DNA of 64,000 nucleotides from Nemertoderma westbladi. Taxonomy: Eukaryota > Animalia > Xenacoelomorpha. The position numbers were made by a program, and so were the translations under genes. The notes below the pieces were generated by a model. The model worked only from the letters and a program-made list of their open reading frames with translations, was not told the DNA's origin and did not search any database. The stretch is from positions 1-64,000 of the forward strand of contig JAUCBJ010006743.1 in assembly GCA_032718475.1 (NCBI GenBank). The letters are read 5' to 3'. Below are positions 25,060-35,243 of this stretch, in pieces (the stretch's first letter is position 1; each line of letters begins with the position of its first letter).

Positions 25060-27594
25060 TTATCTGTACCTCCTCACGTCCTCCTCCCTGGCCCGTTTCT
25101 TGGTTATCACCGCTCCTCTGGCATCATCCGCTTTCTGCTTCCGGACCTTTGCCGCCACTTCCTTGCTGATCCCGGTCGTCGGCTCCTTGGGCGCTGGTGT
25201 TATTAAAGCCCGATACCGCTTCGCCGGTGGCCCCTCAGAATGGCCTGGTTGTTTCCCTCGTGTGGCGTCCCATAGGATCATCTTCATTGCCTTTGGTACG
25301 TGTTCCGCCAAGAAATCCCTAAACTCCCTCCGGTTCTCTGGTGTCCACCTGTCCAGGTACCGTTGCGTGTTCATAACTCCGGCGAACGATGCCGCCGTAG
25401 CTACCTCTTGATAGGTAAACGGTAACCTTCGCTTTATGATTTCCATGTGGGTCTCCTGGTTTATGAGGAAGAAACCCCACTTGAACTCTTGGGCCTTCAT
25501 GCGCTGGCGCATCATGGCCCCGACGTCGGCCCACTCCTCGAACCTCGTGAACTTCTCCTCGTCACTCATCCAGTCGCACTCGCGCCCGTAGTGTCCCCGA
25601 AAGTGGCACTTTGGACATCGGTTATGCAACCGTGGACACGCCCCCATCCTGTGACTTGGTTCTCTACAATAGAGACAAAAGGTTCCCCGTTGGAACCGGT
25701 ATAGGCAGCTGCTTTCCTGATGGGTCTGTCTCCCACAGTAGTCGCAGCCGAGTACCAATGTCTCGCGTCCCACCTCGTCCTTCGTCCCAAGCGATCTCCG
25801 CGGTCTATGGAGTCGCTGGTAGGCAAACTTCTCCACGTTGCTCTCCCTGTTTACGTCGATCTCTCCGCCCCTCTCGGGCATCGTCTCCCCGAATACTATC
25901 CGTGGTGCCGTCCCCGGTTGCTCGCCCAACCTGATGGTGCTCCCCGCGAAATCCATCGCCGGCCCCTCGTGCACACAGGTCCGCTTGCCGGATCTGTTCC
26001 AGAAGGCCCTCGCCCCACTGGCCGTCACCACCCTTCCGCCAACCCAGTCCGTGTCCGAGTGGCCTATCCTTTCGATGGGCGGCATCTCTCCGAACTCGTC
26101 GTCGTCGTCCTCCTCTTCTGGTAGTGTCTCCAATCCCGGTATCCCGATGGATCCACTATGTCCCTTCCCGCCTTGGCTCTCGCCCGTAGCTCTCCATCCC
26201 TCTAGCTCCCTTAACTTCCTTGGCGGTTGGTCGCCCTCGGCGCCCGCTGGTATGGGCATCGCGTGCAACCCCGACGTCGACTGTTTCGGCGATCCCACCG
26301 TCCATCCCAATTCTCGCCCTAGAGACTCCCCCGAACTCCCCGACGAAGTCCAATGAAGTTCGTCTAGGCCCGCCTGTTCCTCGAAGCCGTAACTCTGTGC
26401 CCTGGCCTCCTCTTCCCTCTCCTCTGCTTCTATCCTCTCCCGTCTAGCGACTTCTTCCAGTCGCTTTGCTTCCCGTCTATCCATCTCTAGCTGCTCCCAT
26501 CTCTGATACGGTGTATCCGTCTCCCCATCTACCAGATGTCGGCTGTTGTAGTACACCGACTCGCCCTTCAGCCCCGGGTGGTCTACCAGACCGTCAAAGG
26601 CCGTCTTAAAGGCTCTCCTGTAGCTTAGGGGTGATCCCGATAACAGAAATGCCCCTGGTTCTCTTTCGATAACTACGGTCATGAATAAGTTAAGTAAACT
26701 TATCATCATCCAGTCCTCCTGCAGGATATATCGCTTCTGATATACCTTTATCGCTCCTCTGCGAAACTGATATACCTCCTGCTTTCCCGGTCTCGCTCCC
26801 CACTTCAGCGAGTTCGCTAGTTCTGCTCCGTATTCTTCCCTAAACTTCCCCCAATCCATTGGTTTGTGGCATACGAGCCCCAATAATTGGCCCATCGCCA
26901 CCGCCCCGCATTGGCCTGAGTTCTCGACCACCCCCAATCCATCCGGTGCCGTCATAGCCATAAAGACTTTCTGCATATCCAGGAGGTTGGTGGCGTCCGG
27001 ACCGATGATCCTCTCCGCGTCCTCGCGAATCGCCGATCCCACTTTCGTCGTCGACTTCTCTCTTACTAAGACCTGTACCGCTTTCGGCAGTCGGTCTAAT
27101 TTCGGCCCGTCCTTCTTCCCATACGTCCCTAGGTCGAATAAGAAGATGTCCCCATTTGGCGCTGCCAAATGCAAGAGTATGGTCCTGGCCGACCCTGCCG
27201 TTCCTCGTCTCGAACCCGCTTCGTCTTCCACGGTTCCCTCGTCATCTAGGATCATATATCCTCCTCTGTTGACGGACTCTATGAATCTTTTCCAGTCCTT
27301 CCTCGGCGATTCCCTCGGATACTTCGGAATCCCGAACTTCGCCTCGTCTCCTTTCACCACGTAGTGGAAGTGTTGGAAGATCGCGTTGTCCAGCGACGGC
27401 GTCCCGTAGGTCCCGACCAACCGCTGTTCGTGCGCCTCCCGGAAGTGATCCTGCAGCGCTCGTGCCGCGTGACCCCTTTCCAACCTCTCGTAGTATCCTC
27501 TCGTCTTCTCCTCCGGGTGTCTTTCGGTGAAATCCACCAATATTTCTTTTCCTCCTGACTCCGCCTTTCTCTTCCTGATCAGCTTACTCGCCAT
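25060..27594 (-). CDS. element B accessory ORF3 (844 aa from first ATG): DEDDy-like 3'-5' exonuclease, acidic/coiled linker, three CCHC zinc knuckles
   Basis: Exonuclease motifs: YMILDDEG (ExoI DxE), LLHLAAPNGDIFLFDL, LPKAVQVLV...KVGSAIRED (ExoII), NLLDMQ, QKRYILQED (ExoIII-like). Knuckles: CDYCGRQTHQESSC, CLYCREPSHRMGAC, CPKCHFRGHYGREC. Basic N- and C-terminal NLS-like patches. Confidence 0.85.
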   Translation of the reverse strand: MASKLIRKRKAESGGKEILVDFTERHPEEKTRGYYERLERGHAARALQDHFREAHEQRLVGTYGTPSLDNAIFQHFHYVVKGDEAKFGIPKYPRESPRKDWKRFIESVNRGGYMILDDEGTVEDEAGSRRGTAGSARTILLHLAAPNGDIFLFDLGTYGKKDGPKLDRLPKAVQVLVREKSTTKVGSAIREDAERIIGPDATNLLDMQKVFMAMTAPDGLGVVENSGQCGAVAMGQLLGLVCHKPMDWGKFREEYGAELANSLKWGARPGKQEVYQFRRGAIKVYQKRYILQEDWMMISLLNLFMTVVIEREPGAFLLSGSPLSYRRAFKTAFDGLVDHPGLKGESVYYNSRHLVDGETDTPYQRWEQLEMDRREAKRLEEVARRERIEAEEREEEARAQSYGFEEQAGLDELHWTSSGSSGESLGRELGWTVGSPKQSTSGLHAMPIPAGAEGDQPPRKLRELEGWRATGESQGGKGHSGSIGIPGLETLPEEEDDDDEFGEMPPIERIGHSDTDWVGGRVVTASGARAFWNRSGKRTCVHEGPAMDFAGSTIRLGEQPGTAPRIVFGETMPERGGEIDVNRESNVEKFAYQRLHRPRRSLGTKDEVGRETLVLGCDYCGRQTHQESSCLYRFQRGTFCLYCREPSHRMGACPRLHNRCPKCHFRGHYGRECDWMSDEEKFTRFEEWADVGAMMRQRMKAQEFKWGFFLINQETHMEIIKRRLPFTYQEVATAASFAGVMNTQRYLDRWTPENRREFRDFLAEHVPKAMKMILWDATRGKQPGHSEGPPAKRYRALITPAPKEPTTGISKEVAAKVRKQKADDARGAVITKKRAREEDVRRYR

Positions 27595-28099
27595 TCCGAA
27601 CACTACACTCGCTCACCTGTAGGGTGGTGCCTTACCAAGGCGCAATACAGATGAGTGATGTATTAAGATGTTCCGATACAGTTCGATAATGGCCTACTTT
27701 TCTACTTAACTGCGCCTTTCAAGCTTAATTTAATCTAATTAATTTCGGAGCTAGTAAATCAGCCTAATTTACAATTTCCGTCCGTTACTTTTATTATGTT
27801 CTAGAACGACTTTCTTTGTGTTACCACTATTTTCCGATTTTAGCCCTATTCTATTTATTTGTTTATTTTGCTTTGATTCTACTGTCCTACTACTTACTAC
27901 TGCCTATGGATTTATTCTATTCTCTCTCTGATCCATATTCTGGCCTACTCAGTGGGCCTATGCAGTACAGCAGTATGCGTCGTGTGGCCACACGATTTAT
28001 CCAGCTGCACTCATATGCCCCCCTCTCGCTACTAACTCTACTTATTGCTAACTAATATCTATATCCTATTTACCCCTTTTACCTCTTACTCTCTCTCTC

Positions 28100-28803
28100 T
28101 AACTAATGGTACTACGTACCCTCTAACTCTAACTCTGACTAGGTACCACGTACCTACTAACTCTAACTCTAACTAGGTACTACGTACCTACTAACTCTAA
28201 CTCTAACTAGGTACTACGTACCTACTAACTCTAACTCTAACTAGGTACTACGTACCTACTAACTCTAACTCTATCGGTACTACCTACCCTCTAACTCTAA
28301 CTCTGACTAGGTATTACGTACCTACTAACTCTAACTATCGGTACTACGTACCCTCTAACTCTAACTCTAACTAGGTACTACGTACCTACTAACTCTCTAA
28401 CTATCGGTACTACGTACCCTCTAACTCTAACTCTAACTATGTACTACGTACCTACTAACTCTAACTCTATCGGTACTACCTACCCTCTAACTCTAACTCT
28501 AACTAGGTACTACGTACCTACTAACTCTCTAACTATCGGTACTACGTACCCTCTAACTCTAACTCTAACTAGGTACTACGTACCTACTAACTCTAACTCT
28601 ATCGGTACTACCTACCCTCTAACTCTAACTCTGAGTAGGTATTACGTACCTACTAACTCTAACTATCGGTACTACGTACCCTCTAACTCTAACTAACTAG
28701 GTACTATGTACCTACTAACTAACTAATTTTAGGTACTACGTACCTACTAACTAACTAACTAACTAACTCTAGGTACTACGTACCTACTAACTAACTGACT
28801 AAC
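28100..28803. repeat. array of ~21 units (~31-40 bp): GGTAC-TAC-GTACC hairpin plus (CTCTAA)n spacer
   Basis: Repeated TAGGTACTACGTACCTA / TCGGTACTACGTACCCT separated by CTAACTCTAACT, lying between pol and ORF3 of element B. Confidence 0.92.
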
Positions 28804-28913
28804 TCTTATTTTTATTTTATTTTATTTTATTTTGTGTGGGAAGGGCGTCTCGCCCTCAATCCCACCCCCCTCAGTCCAAAACTTGGACGACTAAACTCCA
28901 CACTAACTCCGCT

Positions 28914-31900
28914 CTAAGGTGCTCCTTCTAAGAGACAGCATTTACCTACCGCTCTCCTGTAGGTTTTTATGTCCTTTGCACCTATCTTTCCACCTATCCG
29001 CACTTCCACCGATCGGACTCTTCCGTCCTCGTCGGAGTAGGTGCCTACAACTCTCGCCAACCGCCACTGGTTGTTGATAATAGTATCATCCGTGACGATT
29101 ACGAGATCTCCCTCTCTTAACTCCCTGTTCGGTTTCCTCCACTTGCTTCGCTTATGGAGTGTGGGTAGGTATTCCTCTACCCACCTTCTCCAATACTCTG
29201 CGCTAATTGCTTTAGCTACTTTCCAACTTTGGCGGGAGTGTATATCATCTGGGTCTACACCCCGCATATCGATGGTAGCTGGCCTTTCCATCAGGAAATG
29301 GCTAGGCGTCAACACGTCTAATGACTCAGGGTCATCATTCTCCGGGTATAGCGGTCTGCTATTAATGATCCCCTCGCACTTCGCAAGTACTGTCCGTAAG
29401 ACGTCTTCAGTGACCATGTGGGTGTTCATCAGCTTCGTCATTAGACGTTTTGAACTGCCCACGAGTCTCTCGACGCATCCTAACGTATGTGGTGCATACG
29501 GCGTCCTTCTCTCCCACTTCACTTGTCGTCTTCTCATGGCCGCTCTGACTTCTTCTCCCTCCAAGATGTCTAAGGCCTCTGCCATCTCACTCTCTGCGCC
29601 CACAAAATTGGTGCCGTTGTCGCTATATATCACCGCGATCGTCCCACCTTTGCGGTCCCTAAACCTTTCTAAGGCGTTAATGAACGCTGATGCGGTTGCA
29701 TCTTGGGCGAGTTCTATCCCTACCGCCCGCGTATTGTTGCATACGAAGATAATGCCGTAACGCTTCTCCGTGTGTCGCATCACTTTGATCTTTATCGGCC
29801 CGAACATGTCCACACCGCAATGCGTAAATGGCGGGTCGTGCTGTCTTACCCTACTCGCCGGTAGTGGCGCCATCTCCTGTACGGCTCGTTCCTTCTTCGC
29901 TCGCCGGCAGGTCTGGCACTGCCCCACTACCGCTTTAACCTTCTTCCTTAGTTGTTTGACCCAATAGGTCCTCCTTATCTCTGTGAGGGTTCGGTTGGTG
30001 CCCCCATGCAGTATCGATTTGTGGGAGTCCCATATGATCTGGTGGACTATAGGCGATCCTGTGGGAATGATGATGGGTTTCGGTGGCACGACTATACTGT
30101 TGTTATATCCCACCCTAGAATTCATTACTAGAATCCCATCCTCGTTGAGTTGTGGCGACAGCGTGATCAACTCGCTATCCCGTCGGAGGTGCTGTTGGTT
30201 ACCGACGCGTTCCACCTCGTCGCCGTAGTTCTTGCGTTGTTCATAGCGGATCACTGCCTTGGCCGCTCCTTCCAGATCTATGGTTGTCCTGGTCTTCTTG
30301 TCCTTGCCGACTCCCGCAAGGAAATTCCCAAAGGCTCTCCAGTACGCCACTAGTTTCTTGGTCTTATACCAACTAGAACTGTAGCTGAGGAGTTTATCCG
30401 TCGGGTTATCGCACAGTTCCCTTCCTGGTTGCACGTCCCTGATCTCCCTCACCATCTGGGAGTATATCTCTTCTCCCTCTGAATCTCCTTCTCCTTCTGA
30501 TACTGGTTCCGAGCCCGGGTCCACCTTCCTCATCGGCGGCCAGGCTTCTCTATCGCTCAGAAATTGTGGCCCATGTTGCCACAATACTTCCTTCTTCAGG
30601 AAAGTGTGGCGTTCCACGCCCCTCGACAGCAAGTCCGCTGGGTTCTCATCTGTTGGGCAGTAGTGCCACCTTTCCAGTTCTGTGCTCGCCCTTATTTCGT
30701 CCACTCTATTCGCGACGAATATCGGGTATCTCGTCTTTTCGTTGTGTAGCCAACCAAGCACTACCATGGAGTCCGTCCAGTAGTGTGTCTCCACTATGTT
30801 GGGAATTGTATCCACTAGGTAGGCTGTGGCTCTAACTCCTAGTCTCGCAGCTGTCAATTCTAACTTGGGAACAGATGCTGAATCTGGCGGCGTTGACTTA
30901 GCTTTGCTAAAGGCTAGTCTGGGCTTGTGAGGCCCCTCTCGTTGTACTAAATAGAGTGCCGCTCCGTATGCCTCTAACGACGCGTCGGAGAACATATGTA
31001 GGTCCAGATTCGTCATGTTCCCGTCCGGGAAATACACTCGCGGCATGTTGTATGTTCCCATCCTCTCCAAGTCTCCTGTCCATTTGCTCCACTGTTTCTT
31101 GATGTCTTCTGGTACCTCTACGTCCCACTCATCCTTCAACTTATATACTCTCTTGAGTATCTGTTTCCCCGTGACTAGTAATGGGGATGCTAGGCCTAAG
31201 GGATCGTATATCCTTGCTATATACGATACGTAACCCCTCTTCGTATGGGTGTCTGCGCCCTCCTGGCTCAGCTGATACTTCAGTTCGTCTGTTTTTCTAT
31301 CCCACACGATTCCCAACGCCTTCTGCTGGGATTCCGTTCTCTTAATCGCCATGTCCTGTCCTTTGGCTGTTGTAGGGTTGTCCATGGTCGATTCTGGTTT
31401 CTTGTCTTCTATTTCCCTGATAAATTCTTCTGAACTGGATTGGAATTTGGTCAGGTTGAAGCCGGATCCTTTCAGGATGTCGCGAACCTCGCGCCCTGTT
31501 TCCAGTATCTCCTCAACCGTATTTCCAGACTCCATGCCGTCGTCTACGTAGAAACCGCGTCTGATCATATCGACGGCCCTACTGCTATATCTATCTTCCT
31601 TGCCCTTTACCGTGTCTCTCACTGCCATAGTCGTCGTAAATGAGGACGACTTGGCCCCCATATTTTGTACTACCATCTTATACGCTGGTATTACCGGCGG
31701 TTCTTCTTCGCCGTTATACCATAAGAAGCGTTGACTGTCACTATCTTCTTCTGTTACTCGGACTTGGTTGAACATGCCTTCTATGTCACACGTGAAGGCG
31801 TGTTTCCCATTCCTAAATCTAAGTAGTACTTCTATGCCCGAATTGTATATGTTTGGGCCCTCTAGTAGGTAATCGTTTAAGCACTTTCCGTCGGTCTTTG

Positions 31901-34900
31901 CCGATGCATCGACTACCATCCTAAGTTTACCTTTCTTTGGGTCTAAAGCTACGTGGAGTGGCAGGTAGTATGTCCTGTCCGTGTTCGGTTCGTCGACCGG
32001 TAACTCCACGGCCCATCCTTTCTCGACGTACTTCTTGATCGTTTTGTGAATGTACTCGTTCTTCTCGGGGCTCCGTTGTAGTGTTTGTTTCAGCTTGCGG
32101 AGTCTCGTGAGTACCATCCCTCTATTATCGGGTAGCGGTATCTTCGGTAGTTTCCATACCATTCCTATTGTATACCGCCCCTCATCACACGTCATCGATT
32201 CCTCCACACTTTGTAGAGCCTGCTTGTCTTCTACCGAGGTCCCGACCCCGGTCTCTTTCAGTCCCTCGAAGTCCTGTCTGAGCAGTCTTTTAAGCTGCTC
32301 CTCTGCTCCCTCGTCACCCATTTCCTGCATTGTTCCCGCGAACATGCATCCTGATGTCTCCGACATCCTGAATGGTATCTTGCTCTTAATTGGACCACTC
32401 AGCGTCCACCCGAATGGCGTTAATATGGCCACCGGGTCGCTCTGCTTGTCTTCGCCGAAGACCGTTTGCATTCTCTCGTGGGCCGTTGGGCAGTCCATGC
32501 CTACTATGATGGATACCTTCCTAACGTCCACGTCTGGGATTGAGAAGTCAATGTTGTCCAGGAATTTGTATTGCTCGACCTCGATGTTGGTTGGCCGCCT
32601 GGCATTGATGTTAATTGACTCTATTACTTGGATGGGGTCGATGGTTGCCCCATAATCGCATCCTGGTGCCACTGCTGCAATTGCGCACCGTCCTGTCCTC
32701 ATCTCTAGGATCTCGTCTTTGCTAGAGATGGTTGTCACCGCCATCCTGCTTGGCCTCGTTCTCAACCCTATTTCTTCGGCTACCCATTCCTCAACTAATG
32801 TGAAGGCAGCTCCACTATCAACCAGCATTAGTGTTGTTACTGATCGATTGCCTTCCCCGATCACTCGTACTGGTACTACTCCAAGTAGCACTGTTCCTCT
32901 CTTCTTCGCCCCTACTGTGCTCGTTGCCATCGTCTGGCCTCTCCTTTGGCCAAACTTGACCGGTTTCTCTTGGCATTCCCTGGCCTTGTGTCCACTCTTC
33001 ACACATCGCGAGCAGATTTTATTGCTCGACGCGTAATCTATCTGGTCTTGCCTCGGTAGCGCCTGCCAGTACCTGCAGTTCATGGTTTTATGAAGCGCAT
33101 TTGCGTGTAACTGGCATTTGCTCTTTGGGTCGTAGCCCTCTTTATACAATGCATTGCGTATCGCAGTCATATTCGTACCAAAGTCCCTACTATTCTTATT
33201 GACTGGGTTTGACCTACTGGACGTACTGGGGTTATGTTTATTCATGTTGTTATTGTTCCCCTGTCCGTCCCTTGATGTTGTCTTATCTTCGTTTGTCTGT
33301 GGACTTGCAGTCCCCTGCGTTGCTGCGTATGGCAATGATTGTCTGAGCCTCGGCAATGCGTTTGATGTATTGTGCTCCGGTTTGGGCCTGTAATGATCTG
33401 TCTTTGGTCCCTTTCCCAGGCTATCTTCACTATAGACTGGGTCCATTATTAGTTCAGCCTCGTAATTTAAGAAGTTTGACATTTCTTCTAAACCTGGTTC
33501 CGCACCCTTCTTGTCTCGGGTGGAGAAAGCGATCTTCCTCCATTTATTGCGCAGCCAACTCGGTAGTGCCTGCGCTATCGTGGTGATGTTATTGGACGCG
33601 TTGAGCTCGTATGGCGCGTCTAGCGTCTTCAGCACGATCAGCGCCTTCTCGACTTTGTTAGCAAACGTCTTAATGCTAACGGGGTTATCCTGTAGGCCAC
33701 CCGATGTTATGCCTCTCAGCGTCTGCCTGATGATCTTGGCCGGGTGCCCGTATTCCCTATCCAGTGCCCGCCATGCTGTCGTGAAGCCGCCCTCTATTCC
33801 CTGATATTGCCTCACGATGTCGTATGCTGGGCCTCCCGTGTACACTTGTAGATACTTTAGGCACTCCGCCTGCGTCAAGTTTTTTGTTAGTATTTCGTTA
33901 CTATACATTCGCCGAAATTGTAAGTATTCTTCCGGCCTGCTCCCATCGAATTTGAACGGTTCCACGGGTGGTAATTCGATCCTCGTTTTCAACGCATCGA
34001 TCAACGTGGCCATCCCCATTGCCTGCGCTTCTAATGGATTCGACGGGTGCTGTATAGTTTCCCCTGTCTGGTGCGGTTCGTCCGTCCTATTTCTTGATCT
34101 TCTCTGACTCGGATATGTCATCAGGGGTAGCGGCCCCCTCCATATGTCTGTATCACACGACCTGTTTCCATCTAGGGGTCTCGTTGTTCTTGTTCCTGTC
34201 GGGGTATATTGTTGATATTGCGATGGGGGAATGTCACCCTGTCCCCCCCCCACTGGTATGTCTGGTACTGGGGTTGATGTTAATATGTTGGGGCCCATAC
34301 ACCTATCCGCAATAATTCCCCCCTCCCCTGGGTATATGTTATGTCCCTGCATGCTGTAGTCATACTGCTGTGCTGGTACCGGTATAGGCCTATCAGCTTC
34401 CGGCCTACTCGCCGGTATGTATTCCGCGACTTCCGGGTTTAATCCCGTTGTCCGCGCTATCCTATCGCCTACATCGCCTCTCTCAGTATGGCCTACGGTA
34501 TGTGCAGTAAGACCTACAGTATGCCCTATAGTCTGCATGTGTTGCTCGGGATCGAAGTTTATTCTTCTCGAATAATCCTCCCCGCGGCTACCGTATTCTC
34601 GATCGGTAGGTATATTCCGCCGGAAAGTTTCTCTTCGACCCCCCTCTCCACTGTTTTCATCTTCGTACCGGTACATCGCGTACCCCTCTCTCGGCGTGTA
34701 ATGCGTCTCACCGGATCGCATCCCTCCGGGGCGACGGCAATCTCCCGGAGTCCGACCCCATTGACTCTCCGTTCTCATCTCGACTATCGACGGCTCGCTG
34801 TCCGTCCTCGCTCTTCTATCGTTTGCGGCGATACTTCTACTACTCTCTTCCTCTCTTCTCCTATCAGTGGAATATTCCCGCTCACGAGATCTCTCGTCGA

Positions 34901-35243
34901 CCTCCCGGTTAAACCCCACTGTTCTTCTTTCCTCCTCTGATCGGGCTCGACGCTCCGTCTGCCCTCCCGCGACGTCAACCTGTCTTTCTCTGCTCGATCG
35001 CACGTCGCCGGGGATACTCGCAATCCCCCTATTACTCTCCGTCGCCGGTTGTTGCGGTTTACCTTGTTCGGCCCTCGCATTGTCCGCTGACGGCTGTGGG
35101 ACACTCTCTGCCCCCCCCCCCCTCTCGCCGCTAACTTTCTGTTGTGGGGTGCTCGTAGCCCCCCCCCCACTCGCTACATCTAACTTCGCTACCTCTCGCC
35201 CCGCTACTATATATCTCTCTAGTCGACACATCAACCCTACCAC
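28914..35243 (-). CDS. element B Gag-Pol polyprotein (Bel/Pao), main portion
   Basis: 2109 uninterrupted codons. Motifs: FKFDGS Gag, CSRCVKSGHKAREC, LVDSGA, RMVVDAS, DIEGMFNQV, FYVDDG, FSDAS, YWTDS, NPADLLSRG, GVDMFGP, SDNGTNF, ERLV, LTPSHFL, DGRVRSV. Confidence 0.96.
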   Translation of the reverse strand: MVGLMCRLERYIVAGREVAKLDVASGGGATSTPQQKVSGERGGGAESVPQPSADNARAEQGKPQQPATESNRGIASIPGDVRSSRERQVDVAGGQTERRARSEEERRTVGFNREVDERSREREYSTDRRREEESSRSIAANDRRARTDSEPSIVEMRTESQWGRTPGDCRRPGGMRSGETHYTPREGYAMYRYEDENSGEGGRRETFRRNIPTDREYGSRGEDYSRRINFDPEQHMQTIGHTVGLTAHTVGHTERGDVGDRIARTTGLNPEVAEYIPASRPEADRPIPVPAQQYDYSMQGHNIYPGEGGIIADRCMGPNILTSTPVPDIPVGGGQGDIPPSQYQQYTPTGTRTTRPLDGNRSCDTDIWRGPLPLMTYPSQRRSRNRTDEPHQTGETIQHPSNPLEAQAMGMATLIDALKTRIELPPVEPFKFDGSRPEEYLQFRRMYSNEILTKNLTQAECLKYLQVYTGGPAYDIVRQYQGIEGGFTTAWRALDREYGHPAKIIRQTLRGITSGGLQDNPVSIKTFANKVEKALIVLKTLDAPYELNASNNITTIAQALPSWLRNKWRKIAFSTRDKKGAEPGLEEMSNFLNYEAELIMDPVYSEDSLGKGPKTDHYRPKPEHNTSNALPRLRQSLPYAATQGTASPQTNEDKTTSRDGQGNNNNMNKHNPSTSSRSNPVNKNSRDFGTNMTAIRNALYKEGYDPKSKCQLHANALHKTMNCRYWQALPRQDQIDYASSNKICSRCVKSGHKARECQEKPVKFGQRRGQTMATSTVGAKKRGTVLLGVVPVRVIGEGNRSVTTLMLVDSGAAFTLVEEWVAEEIGLRTRPSRMAVTTISSKDEILEMRTGRCAIAAVAPGCDYGATIDPIQVIESININARRPTNIEVEQYKFLDNIDFSIPDVDVRKVSIIVGMDCPTAHERMQTVFGEDKQSDPVAILTPFGWTLSGPIKSKIPFRMSETSGCMFAGTMQEMGDEGAEEQLKRLLRQDFEGLKETGVGTSVEDKQALQSVEESMTCDEGRYTIGMVWKLPKIPLPDNRGMVLTRLRKLKQTLQRSPEKNEYIHKTIKKYVEKGWAVELPVDEPNTDRTYYLPLHVALDPKKGKLRMVVDASAKTDGKCLNDYLLEGPNIYNSGIEVLLRFRNGKHAFTCDIEGMFNQVRVTEEDSDSQRFLWYNGEEEPPVIPAYKMVVQNMGAKSSSFTTTMAVRDTVKGKEDRYSSRAVDMIRRGFYVDDGMESGNTVEEILETGREVRDILKGSGFNLTKFQSSSEEFIREIEDKKPESTMDNPTTAKGQDMAIKRTESQQKALGIVWDRKTDELKYQLSQEGADTHTKRGYVSYIARIYDPLGLASPLLVTGKQILKRVYKLKDEWDVEVPEDIKKQWSKWTGDLERMGTYNMPRVYFPDGNMTNLDLHMFSDASLEAYGAALYLVQREGPHKPRLAFSKAKSTPPDSASVPKLELTAARLGVRATAYLVDTIPNIVETHYWTDSMVVLGWLHNEKTRYPIFVANRVDEIRASTELERWHYCPTDENPADLLSRGVERHTFLKKEVLWQHGPQFLSDREAWPPMRKVDPGSEPVSEGEGDSEGEEIYSQMVREIRDVQPGRELCDNPTDKLLSYSSSWYKTKKLVAYWRAFGNFLAGVGKDKKTRTTIDLEGAAKAVIRYEQRKNYGDEVERVGNQQHLRRDSELITLSPQLNEDGILVMNSRVGYNNSIVVPPKPIIIPTGSPIVHQIIWDSHKSILHGGTNRTLTEIRRTYWVKQLRKKVKAVVGQCQTCRRAKKERAVQEMAPLPASRVRQHDPPFTHCGVDMFGPIKIKVMRHTEKRYGIIFVCNNTRAVGIELAQDATASAFINALERFRDRKGGTIAVIYSDNGTNFVGAESEMAEALDILEGEEVRAAMRRRQVKWERRTPYAPHTLGCVERLVGSSKRLMTKLMNTHMVTEDVLRTVLAKCEGIINSRPLYPENDDPESLDVLTPSHFLMERPATIDMRGVDPDDIHSRQSWKVAKAISAEYWRRWVEEYLPTLHKRSKWRKPNRELREGDLVIVTDDTIINNQWRLARVVGTYSDEDGRVRSVEVRIGGKIGAKDIKTYRRAVGKCCLLEGAP

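Noticed and set aside
25060-27594. ORF3 as an envelope gene
   Set aside because: No signal peptide or transmembrane anchor seen; exonuclease and CCHC motifs are present instead.
28100-28803. Hairpin array as CRISPR or true telomeric repeat
   Set aside because: Spacers are themselves repetitive (CTCTAA)n, are TTAGAG rather than TTAGGG/TTAGG, and lie inside an LTR element.
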